Source: Botryllus schlosseri
Taxonomy: Eukaryota
Assembly: GCA_051294905.1 (NCBI GenBank)
Contig: CM119385.1
Span: 16,058,001-16,122,000 of the forward strand
Direction of reading: 5' to 3'
Length of the DNA: 64,000 nucleotides
Below, in pieces: positions 13,501-25,500 of the stretch. A program made the position numbers and the translations under genes. The notes beneath the pieces are model-generated. The model was not told the origin of the DNA. It worked only from the letters and a program-made list of their open reading frames with translations, and searched no databases. Positions within the stretch are counted from its first letter, which is position 1, and every line of letters begins with the position of its first letter.

Positions 13501-16500
13501 TTTAGGTGTTTTTGAGCCCTTCTCGTATTCCGCTTCTGTGAAGTTCAAAGGTTTCAGAGTAATCTAAATTATAAATCCAATTCGCGGGCCGCACACCAGG
13601 GTTGTAACCAAGTCTCAAGGCTCCGAGTCATAAGTCAATCTCACTTTTATAGTTTTACTCGAGTGAAGTCGAGTCATTTTTAACTCACCGCCAAGTCAAG
13701 TCCAAATCATCGAGCAGAGAGTCGAGTCCGAGTCATGGTATTTTGACTCGAGTATGAGTCCAAGTCAATATGTTGACTGCTCAGTTTCCAGTTAAAATCT
13801 TGTTAAACTCACTTTTTATAACTCTGTTTGGTGATATTGAATGGTTCGCATTTATAATATACCAATTTTTCTCACTTTTAGCAGTTTTTGGTCACATTTT
13901 TAAGTACTAGTACCAATAGACGTAATCCCAATAGGGTGGTTACTTCAGTATTATTCGAAATTACAATGAAATGTCGGCCTTGGCCTTTTGTGTCTCGAGT
14001 CATATGACTTGGTTCGAGGCATGCGCAATGACTCGAGTCTAGATCGCGTCAATACACAGACTGGAGTCGAGTCTTTTCCGTATTTTTAGAAAATAACTCG
14101 AGTCAAGTCGAGTCATCAGAAAATCGTGACTCGTGTCGAGTCATTACAACCCTGCCGCACACCAGTCAAAGTTGCCATTTGTTCGTCGGCTTCTGACTTT
14201 TCTTTGCTGGCCGCAGGTTGATCACCTATGATTTATAGCAGCACTACCCGCTAGCAACTTGAAATGCCAGATTCTTATCTGATATGCATCCATGGCCCAG
14301 CAGTCAGCACCGAGCGATAAAAGGTTGTACGTTTTCAATTTCGTGACGTCCAGTTATTTTCCAGTACAACTACAGCAATATACGTGCTCCTTTCCATACT
14401 GTGAGTGGATTGAAGCCAGAAACTGCGTATGTCGCAGCGGTTTCTGCTAAAAATCCGGACACTGTTAGCGATTGGACGACGCAGGAGTTTACCACAAAAT
14501 GTAAGTGACCTCGAAACATTCAGCGCCACTCGATTGTGGTGATTACCATAAAATCATTTATGTAAGGAATCGGATGAAGATACTTATTCCGTGTAAGAGT
14601 ATGACTTATGCACGCTGCAAGTATGAGTGCAAGCAAAGTTGTCAATACTTGCTTTGAGCGCGTAGTGTCCACATTGAGAATTGAGAAAATAGTAGTTGCC
14701 TACATCCAATTTACAAGTGAGTGGTCGGCTGAGACATATAAACATTTGCAGGACTCGCGAGCCTTGATTGCGTAATGCATACGCATGGCGTGATTTCAAC
14801 TATAACTCAGCTTCTACCTCGTGACTAATCCAATTTTAGCAGTTTCGATTGTATTGGTCTTGGGCAGCACTGGAATAAAGCCCTGACGGGATGAGTAGAA
14901 GACAGCTACTAATACCCTAGCCCTGAGGAGTTTGACCAGATTTGTCTCTAGTAGTTAACTTTCTAAATTGTTAAACTTGAAGCATTGACAATTTTGGAAA
15001 ATAAGGCTTCTTGTAGTTGCAGCGGGTGAACTGCTATCTTGGTCTAATGCAGAAGTGTCAAACTCAAAAAACGTTGCGGGCCAGATTCAACACTTCAGAT
15101 CGCTCGCGGGCCGCACCAAAATTCCTCGATCCCAAAATAGCTCAAAATCCATCCTCTTATTTTTCATTTGAATACTTCATTAACAGCGTATATACACAAT
15201 AGTATATTACATTATATTACAGATCATAGGGGTTCTATTCTAGCTGCACCTTTCATTCGCAAACAGTGGAATTGGCAATATCACGATGATATAACTTGGC
15301 AGACTTCTATGCTCCTTTCCTAGGCATCAACCCCGCGTATGCGTCATGAGGAATGCAATAGATTTAACTGTAAACGCGGGCGTTGGAGTTTGCTTCATAT
15401 TATTATATCACGATTTAAGTTTCTCTCAAGGCTGGAGACCACTATTATATTTTTCATGTAACCTGCATGTCAGGGTTCTTGGCGTTTTAGCTTCTGTGAA
15501 TATCACTAGTTTTTGGTCAGTGAAATGAATTCACACTTTCTTGCCCAGCGATAATGGTTAATAGAAACCACAGCAACGCAGTTGGGTGGTTATAATGTGG
15601 CCAATAAACATACTCGACATGTGCTATCTTGAAGGACTATTTAATGGAAGTATATTTCTTACTAAACATCTCAACATTTGTTGAAAATGTGCTGGATAAT
15701 ATACGCATTTTTCAATCTACTCAAAATTGCTTCGCGGGCCGGATGAAATCACCTGGAGGGCCGGATGCGGCCCGCGGGCCGTATGTTTGACAACCCTGGT
15801 CTAATGAAAAAAAAATAGCAGGATAGCAGGATAAGGACATGGAGAACCAGAGCTCATTGACAATCTTACGAATTGTACAAAGATCATTATGTAATCGTTT
15901 AATGATGAAATAGGACGGGCTTCGAGATGTCTTGCGTGGAATTTACCATAGAGAGCAGGGAGTCTCTTGGAAAAACCTCGTTAGACTCTCCCAAACTTAT
16001 ATATATTTTTCAAGTCGGTACAGATTTCAGACTTAACTGCTAAATTAAGTTTCGGACGAGCATAGCCGTTGCATAGTTTTATATGGAATTTTCCACTTTG
16101 GAGTTGTTAGAGTGGTGTGGGAATAGACATGCTTGGTTGTCACTCGCATCCATTCTTGTCATTCCAGCTGCTTGCTCCGACGATTTCCATCTGTTTCCTT
16201 CGACGCAACTGTCCCAAGCGTTGCCGATGGCAGAAAAGAAAAATCTGACCCTCGACGAATGCAAGGACTTGTGCTGCTCAATACGTATGTTCAAATGTCG
16301 GTCGATATCCTTACATAGGGAAACGTCTGACTGCGCGCTGTATGCCGAGGACCGGAACACTGCACCCCCTCTCGGACTTAGCAAGGTGGGTCTCGGTACG
16401 GAGTCGAATACTTGCGGTGGCTCTCAATAATTTCTGTATTACCATCGTTCTGTATGCTAATAATAATGTCTCAAGATTATGTCACCTCTAGGGTTGACCT

Positions 16501-19500
16501 ACGCTCGGGATCGGAGTTTGACAGAAATTTTGAAATAGGCGAGAATTTCCCTTCACTTAGTTTTTTAGAAATATGAGAACCCAACCGTAACAAATATGTA
16601 ATTAAGTGTGGTCCATCGAGGTATACTTGTGGCCAAATTTACTTAGCGTACTGGTGAATGGGTAAAAAGGTCCATACCTGCAATTTTGATTTCCAACTGT
16701 GCACTTCTCGTGATGTTCATCACGCATCATGTAATTTGCGACTTTTTGCCCGGCTTAAAAAAATTGAAACCGCTATAAAAAGCTAATACCAGACCTACCA
16801 CATCGTTTATTTCTGGCACACTGCGACGGCCCTTTGTACACGTCTTGAAGTGCATACGTTTGAGAATTCTTGAAGCGTGCACGTCAAACGAAAGCTCGCC
16901 TGCATTTTGCCAGCGGCATTGACGAGATTGAAAAGAGAATGGTAGCCGTCATTGTAAGGTCATAGTTAGAGCTTTGCAAAATCACGTACAGTGACTCAAT
17001 TCAATTTCGAATATCAATTAATACTTGACTCGGATTCAAGCACATAAATCATTGTTCCACGCCCTAGACGTATGCGCTGTTGTTGAATGCTATAGAATCA
17101 TGGGCCACGGAAGCGTTTCACACAATTACCTCCTTGGAGGCACAGAACTTCAATATACGATTGAATAGTACGGTATATTTATATTGAAATGAACCCGAAT
17201 ATCAAATACACCAACCCACAAACTCTGTCAACAAAAGTAGTTCGTGTACCACCTGAAAATAGTACATTGAACGCTCTCTCATTCGAAATTTCATGCTGGT
17301 GATGTCATATTTTGTGATATGATTGTTGATATACACTGTTCTTTCCAGTTCTTTACTAGTTGCTGCCGATTACCCCTGACGAGTGTCAGCCGATAATATT
17401 CAATATGAATAAACTATACAATTACCTCGACATATGTGCTACATGCCGTTCCAGTTTACATCTCGGCAGGTGTGCTCTCTTTTTTAGTACTACAACCACT
17501 ACGAAAGAAAGTTTTGGGAGGAGGTGTCCGGCTTTCAGATACGTTCCCTCTCCCACAACAACATCGCCGCGGTCAACAAGACAGTGGAAATCACGCTGAC
17601 TGTGAGTTGCCGTCTCGTCCCTTTGATATATCGTGAAATCGTATCCAATGCGCCACGTATTCCAATCAGTTTGTTTATGTGGGGAAAACCGGATGCGTGG
17701 AATGGGATTTGGGAGAAGGCACGAGACGCTACCACCGTATCCTAGACACGGACTGTTCGTACTTGTGTGAAAACGCGCCGCCCGGGACGAATTGCACAAT
17801 CGTGCCGGCAAACCCCATCGAAAACTCGAATCAAATCAAAACCAGGTGCGAAAGCCAGATACGACTATTCATTTTGTGACTTCATATACCAATACTAACC
17901 CTAACTTTAACTCGCATGTTCATATGGATATTAGGGATGGTGTGAACCCCTGAAAAGGTGGTGTGAACGCGAACCTTTTTGAAAGGTTCTGTGTGAACAC
18001 GAACGTGAACCTTATGACGTCACGTGACGTCATATTGCTAATTCCAGCCCTACATTTCAGTGAAATCATATAATGTACGCCTACACTATACCTAGCGACG
18101 ACTCAGGTCATATTAAGCCACAATGCTGAAATACATTGTGACTTATCCAAATGTATCAACTGGAGCTATCATATACAATATTAATTCCATAAAATCAATA
18201 TCGTACGTCGCTTTGCCAACAATTTCGACGGGGACTTGCAAGGGAATAAAAGCTTACGCCTTAACGGTGTAGGCCAGACCAGACAATGTACTCGCCGTCT
18301 GAAATTGCTACATAGATATTGAGCAGAGTGTAAAACGGGTTTCTATACTAGCTACCGATATTATCCCATAAACAAGTTGCAGAGTAGCCAACACCCCCAT
18401 CGCACGAATTCGATTTTTATGATACAATATACATATCAAATCAAGATTTTTTACATCAGACAACGATGTATTATTTATATCACTTTCGATGACTGGTTGA
18501 TGAAGCATCATTCGTTGACTACCTAGATGTAGTGTATTTCATTCTTGATGTTGTATGATTGCGGGTCAAGCTCACAGCAGTGAATCACTAAATATTCACA
18601 AAACTAAAAAACTGAATATTTCGAGTAAACTTTTGTAACAACGCGTGTAAAATCGTTGAGATCGACAAGGTAGCGGTACATGCTCATTTAGTGTATATTT
18701 TTTATGGTGCAACCGCCATGCACAGTGTGGTATGATGTTGAAATGCAACGAATTTCAGCCAAAGATGTTATAATGACGCGAAAATTGTAATATATGACAA
18801 GGTTCACAGTGCAGAACCTACCAAGGTTCGTTTGTGAACGTGAACCTCTAAATTTCAGAGGTTCACACACAGAACGCGAACGTGAACCTCACGTTCACAC
18901 CATCCCTAATGGATATGTTTTTATTCACCACACCAGGACACTAGAAATAAGATACATAACAAAATGGCAATGTATACTAGGTGGTGACGATGAGGCATTC
19001 ATAATTTATCCCCACCCGTAAGAGTATTTGATGCTAGGTGCCAACTATAGCTCATTACATTGATATATAATAAACACGCACACATGCATACCTAGCTACT
19101 ATTCAGATTATGCATGCTACGAGATGGACCCATTACCTTTGAATTTTACAGTCACGTTTACGATATGAACAGTGTGTACATTGTCCGAGCTAATGTGTCC
19201 GATCAGGGTCGATATGAAGTGTCGGAATTCAAGGTGGCGATCAACGAGAAGGGATGTATATTTCCGCAAATCGTCATCGAAGAGGATGCTAAGGTAGGAA
19301 ATAACACATCGCCGCATGTTCAACGGTAGAAATTCCGGTGCTGTCCATTTTTCTGCTTTATTCACATCGCGTCAAGTTTGCTTTCTATCCAGTTAAATTT
19401 GTCATTCCGACTTCCGGGCATGAAAAACAAGTCCTTTCTCTTCAGAATGTTTTGTTGCCAAAAGAATTGCACAAATCCAGCAAGCTCGTTCTGTCGGCGA

Positions 19501-22500
19501 CGCCCACGATATTGTGTGACACTTTTCCCGGGGTCAAATTTGAGTGGACCGCCTTGGTGTTTGAAGGTATCGATGTTTTCTGTCGATAATCGGGAGAATC
19601 ACTTTTCATTGTAGGTCTGCTTTGAGGGCTTGTGATCTTCGAACGCATCTGTATCTTCCACTTTTGAATGCTGGCTGTTGACAGATATATAAGCAGGGTT
19701 GCCATCAACATGGACCCAAAAATAAGGACAGTCGAAAAATTAGATTAGCACGAAAAAGCGTTTTTGTACATACTTTGTATCTATACGAGCTGTGGCATAT
19801 CACATTCCATACTTTTCACCAGAAATATTCTGCTCCAGCAACTCCTATTTATTAGAAAGTGCTTCATGGATCTCACGACATCTCAGGTCTAGGTTTACCT
19901 TTATTCAGGGCCGCAACAGCACTTCGTCAGCCCCCCCCCCAAAAAAAACCGTTGGTCTTGCCCTACCCTACCCCTAGGGTGGTAAACCAAATTTCTCCAC
20001 CTCGTTAGAGGCGTCAACCAAGACGGGAAAAAAGCCTTACACCAAGGTTAGACAAAATCATTTTAGAGCGGATGGAGCAAAAACTCCAGTAACAATGCTT
20101 GTAGTCTTGGTCCTGGCGGAAGAAAACTTATTTGCAATGTTGGCATCGGGGAATATAGCTTTGAACAATTGCGATATGCAATCGATGGTGATGAATGATT
20201 GCTGGTGTTTGACACTATGGAATGCCCATAGGTACGTGAGGTACCCTCAGCAGCAGCTGCCTTGTAGTCTGTGGTCGTTGGTGCTGATCGACTTGTGGAA
20301 AAATCATTCATCGACTGGCTCAAATTAATCATCATGACACACTTCTTGTGTTTCGGGGTATCAATGTGAGTTGAAATAGCAGTCTTTTCTATGGCCTCCA
20401 GGCTAATGTCACAATTGCAGATATTGATATGTGCAAAACACTCCCCCTTCAAGTTTATTAGAAACCCCTGGATTCTCTCTCATAATCGTCACGAAAAACG
20501 TTTTTCCGCCTGTTCATTAAAACTAATCAGATTTGGCCATGTAGCAAAAACTATAGTATAATATAATTTTAAAAAATTGTCAATGATCTATACTCTATAG
20601 GGTTACTACTTTTTAACCAATGTGTCGACTGCACTGCGCCTTTTTTCACCACGCAATAAATGCTGCCTTCCCCACAGCATGAGCTTATTCTGCTGTAGAC
20701 CAAACAGCAGGAACCTGGTACTGCTGTTTACTACTAAAATGACGTCAGCTGCGGTAGCTTGGTACAAATGAAACTGCGACACCACGACTCACTTTCCAGC
20801 TATCTCACCACTTAAAAGTCAAATCTTGTGGTGTGTACGTCACGAGAGTTCCTTTCATTTATAATGTCATAAAATCTCGGCGGAAAAGCATAATTTTAGG
20901 ATATTATGCAACACAGATACCAGAGGAAACTGATCGAAGTTCTGTGGCGGTTGAAAATAAGAGAAAATAAGGACGCAAGTCGAAAATAAGGACATTTCTT
21001 AGAAATAAGGACAGTTGAGTTTTCTAAGACGTGGCCCTTCAAAATAAGGACGAATCTTAGAAATAAGGACGGTATGGCAACCCTGTATATAAGGCTACGT
21101 CTTGTCATCTTATGATTTGAATCCTTTAATATGTCTCAGTGATTTAGCTCGAGTGATTTAGCACTAACTCTACATCAGTTCTTGTGATAAGTTGGACAGT
21201 GTCACACACTTATTTCTACCTTTCAAAAATAGCAATTTGCGACTCCAGACTCGGCTAGATTTCAAGTAGCGTCTATACTTCACACTCGGCTCTTTTACAA
21301 TTTGAATACAGACTTTGACTATTGCTTGGAATTTTGTCTCAACCCCGAATCTCTATACCAACTTTACTGGGCTGTTTCAATTCGATTGGGAGCCAAGAAA
21401 TTTGTATTAGACAAAGAATCTCTGTTGTTTGTCGAATCAAATTCGCCTATTCTCACTCATAACTAAAAATATAGGTGGAATAGAATTAAAAATGAATTAA
21501 AAATGAAAACAAAAACTTATGGACACTGGTTTGAATACCCGCGCATGCGTGAAACTTTGTCATTTGACACGCCGCACATGCTGTAATAATTGCAATGTGA
21601 AATTTGGAATTCCTAGAGTTTCTATTGCTGGGTTATATTGCAGTAAACTCCGGTACGGTGACGGACGCTCTTGAACTGGATTCGTTCGGGTCCGAGATTT
21701 TAATCCCACCGTTAAAACTCGACCTCGGTCGCTACATGATAACGTCCAGCCTCGAACTGCTCGATGACGAACACGATTTGAAGGACACCGACTCTGTTTA
21801 TATATCAGTCGTGCCCACTCCGCTGTTCGCCGTTATCAAGTACGTCCCGTAAGTTTAAAAGGGAAGATGTCTTGCATGTCGTGTGTTTTCAAGGGGCGGC
21901 AACATGAGAACGGTGGGGTACGAAAGGGTGGTCACGTTCGACGCCAGTAGCCTGTCGCACGATCCTGATGTGCTGGGACCTGGGAGATATGATTTGGAGT
22001 TTATGTGGTTTTGCAGGAATTACACCGATAAAAAGTGAGTGACACAGGCTACTTTTTATCCATGGAAACGCAAGACTTATTGTAATTTTTTTTACATTTT
22101 TCTTTATCAAGACTTTCCCAACTTGGGAAAGCGGAAATTTACTTGTTTGGTCTTACCTCGGGTTTAGAGCTGGGCACAACAATTTGAATATCCATTGTAA
22201 TCATTTGATTTGAATAGTCGAGCTGATTTTTTCGCGTAGGTATACCGGTAATATAAATGAAAAATCTAGTTTTGATGCGGCATATTCACCGTTGGAGACT
22301 CAAAACTTGAGAAATCCGTAACAAAGTAGTCATGGTCCAAAAAATAAAATAATTATTTCTACGATGTCAAACTGGCATCATTTTTCTTGTGGCTTCAAAT
22401 AAAGTTGAACCCTTCAGAGTCGGTAGGTGGTACTTATCTAGGGCATATCGAATCAAAAATTTGGATACCACTACAATCCGACTCCTTCATACGAATTAGA

Positions 22501-25500
22501 ACGGGGCCATATTTTTTGTCTAAATTTCGAATCCAATCTAATTTAATCCGAGCATTTTGTTGTCTATTGTTCCAAGATTCAGATTTTCCAATGCTCGCCA
22601 CCATCATTCGGCTTCGTGACTACCTTTAGAAAATACAGCCGTATATGTTAGATATTGCAATATTTGAAAGTGACGTGCGTCGTTTTAGCTGGTAGAACTG
22701 TAAAACGCATATTCTTTCAGAGCTGAGCCTCTCAAGTCAGGCAGCTGCTTTTCGGACATGAGCTTTCTGACATTCGACGGGCCTGGTCTTTTCCGTTTCA
22801 ACACGGCCATCATGCACCTGTACGTCGAGTATGAATTCGAAGTCGTGGTGTCCAAAAGCGACCGATCGTCCCTTTACAAGCAACAAGTTATCGTGAAGGA
22901 GGGAAATCCACCGGAGTTTTATATCGAGTTGGTTTTCTGCTATTGTCTCTCGTCGGGTTTCATGCTTGATATGTTGGCACCCTCACAGTGGTTTCCAGCC
23001 AGTGTTGTCACGAATTTCAAGATGTAACTCAAGATGTCACAATTAGTCGATTCCTGACAGATATGGGGCGATTACCGTATCATTATAACCAATTACCATC
23101 ACGATTACTTGACAAACATACGATTACAATTATGAACACAGCGAAATCTTGCATTATAGTGACTATACTCGACTATAAGGCAAGATTTTGCTGTGTTTGT
23201 GCTGTATTAATTGTAATCGTGTGTATTTTTATTAATTGTGATCATAATTGATTACATTGATGCAGTAATTGCCCAATATCTGTTCCTGACCATAAATTTA
23301 ATCTTGCTATGACTGGACAGGAACGGAACTTGGATAATATCCGTCAAGTATTGAGATTATTAAACGACTGGGGTTGCGGGCCGGATTAAAACCTTTGGTC
23401 GCTTGCGGTCCGGACCGGTCAAGTGATTCTAAAATGTACCTCCAAATCCATACTTAGAGACTAGGGTGGGCCGCCTGGGACGAAATAAGGTATTCAGCGG
23501 CGCGACCAAAGATAATTGATTTATATTCTTAGTGTAACTATTATATTTTACACGTACCTTACTTAAAACGGTTTCACCTTTTTGGTCCATTTTTAAGTGT
23601 GCTCTTTCTTGCCTTTGCAGAATTTGGTATCAACGCTCCCAGTATTGACTCGAGTGAAAACTCAACACTGCCTTCAGATGGTTATAATGTTGCTTATGAA
23701 CAGGTTCCACTGTTGCTGTCTTGAGGGATTATTTACGTTGAAGTATTTGTTACTAAAAATCTGAACCATTGTTGGAAATGTGCTGGATAATGCAATAATT
23801 TTCCAATTACTTTGAATTGTTTAGCGGGCCGGATAAAATCGTCTGGGAGGCCGGATGCCACCCGTGGACCGCATGTTTGACACCCCTGCGGTACACCAAT
23901 GTTGGTTTCCATTTTTAAGACTACATTTTACGAATCCGGGATCACAGATGGAACCGGATTATACTCTGAAATTCAATTGAATAGTATATTCATATTGGAA
24001 TGAACCCGAATATTTTCGGCTGACACTCGTCAGGGGTAATCGTCAGCAACTAGTAGAGAATTCAAAAGAACAGCGTATATCAACAATCGTAACACAAAGT
24101 ATGACGTCACCAGCACGAAATGTCGAATACAATGTACTATTTTTAGATGATACACGAACTCTTTTTGTTGACACAGCCTTGGCTGGTGTATTTTGAAAAT
24201 GAAAGTGTGAGCGACCCTTTCTGAGTATGCGAAATCTGTCGTCTCGATAATTTTTCGCACAAGCGGAATTATCCGACAAGTGTTTGCCAATTGCAGAATT
24301 TATGGCCTTTGATTGTTCCGCATCAATTTTGAGCGGATGAGTAAACCTGTTCATCCCTATCGCATCCTTAGTTTTTTCTATTAAAACTGCAAAGGCAGAC
24401 GTCGAATTGCCTATGTTTCGAAGAGTATGACACATTATGCTATAGTCATGGCTGTTAGATCTAATCTGCTCAACTTTCCTCCCGTCTATGGTTGGTAGGA
24501 ATTAAGCATCGATTTATCACAGATGTAATGAAAATTGCAAGCGTAAGATGAACCCGACGCAAGCGTTAGCGTTGAACGCCATCTGTGTGAACTGCAAGAA
24601 AAGGCGGAATCCTGTCTACAAATGGACGTTGTTAGAAGTGATTCACAAGCCAGCTGTTGCGAATGACGATGCCTTGCCAACTGGCCTACCTCTGGATGGG
24701 TTGGAAGATGATTTTGACGAAGGTAAGCATGGGTCACTTAACTATCAATCTATCAAGTTCAGATTATGTATCGTCAGAGATGGCAGAATGGAATTGCGAA
24801 AATGCAAATATAGAACTGCAAAATAGAAGTGTTAAACTGCAACTATTTCTGTTACTAGTACCACAAATTGAAATGAAAAAAAAACTAGAAATTTGGTAAG
24901 CACTCCATCATGTGATCTTCAAAATTACTTTGTTGGGCAGTCATCTCTGACCAGTTACAAATTTGCACGTATCGTGACTAATGCAAAATGGATTTGACGT
25001 CTCTGAAGTAGACGCCTTTTCAAAGCTATGTTCTGCAATTTTAATATGGGGTTTGTGTACTGGTCAGTATATTTTATCAATTTCACTTGTATAAGTAATG
25101 TCAATGTATGGGAAACTCTATCGCTTCGACAACATTTGAAGTGTTAAACGTAGATCGTTTGGAAACGACAAAGGCTGTTGCAACTTATCGCTGACGATGT
25201 ACTCTGAATGCATTTTTTTGTTTGCAATAGTTAGAACGGCAGAATATTTCAATCAACTGTGTAGTGTGGATAATACGTCAAACACCAGGAATCTAGCCTA
25301 ACTTCGAAGCACTGGGGATGTCATGCTGAAATCTGTTCTAAGCATAACTTGAAGCTTGTATTGTATATTAACGCTCCAAGGATCGTGATTGAGCTGTCCG
25401 TCCAATGTACCCAAAAAGTCAATACCCATGTGGCCAAGGTTTTAGTAATGCATTATCCTGACAGACTTCGAAGCATCAGATGACGAAGACGAGGCGAAGC

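Larger units (their letters stand above)
1505..14500 (+). other. Tandem fibronectin type III repeats of the PKD1-like gene (8 complete plus the C-terminal part of a ninth)
   Basis: Each repeat starts L-x-x-P/V, has a B-strand Trp (MAW, LSW, VRW, LQW, ISW, IEW, FSW, FTW) and ends in L-x-P-x-T-x-Y-like...A-x-N. Repeats are separated by phase-1 introns at 4805, 5336, 8182, 9145, 9845, 12002, 12422 and 14501. Confidence 0.9.

Noticed and set aside
13597-14154. GACTCGAGTC repeats as a CRISPR-like array
   Set aside because: Eukaryotic intron, irregular spacing, no unique spacers; bounded by TIRs and an 8-bp TSD, so it is a MITE.
24580-24612. KKRR in REJ as a furin site
   Set aside because: No Arg at P4, and it sits next to the conserved CxxC of the folded domain.
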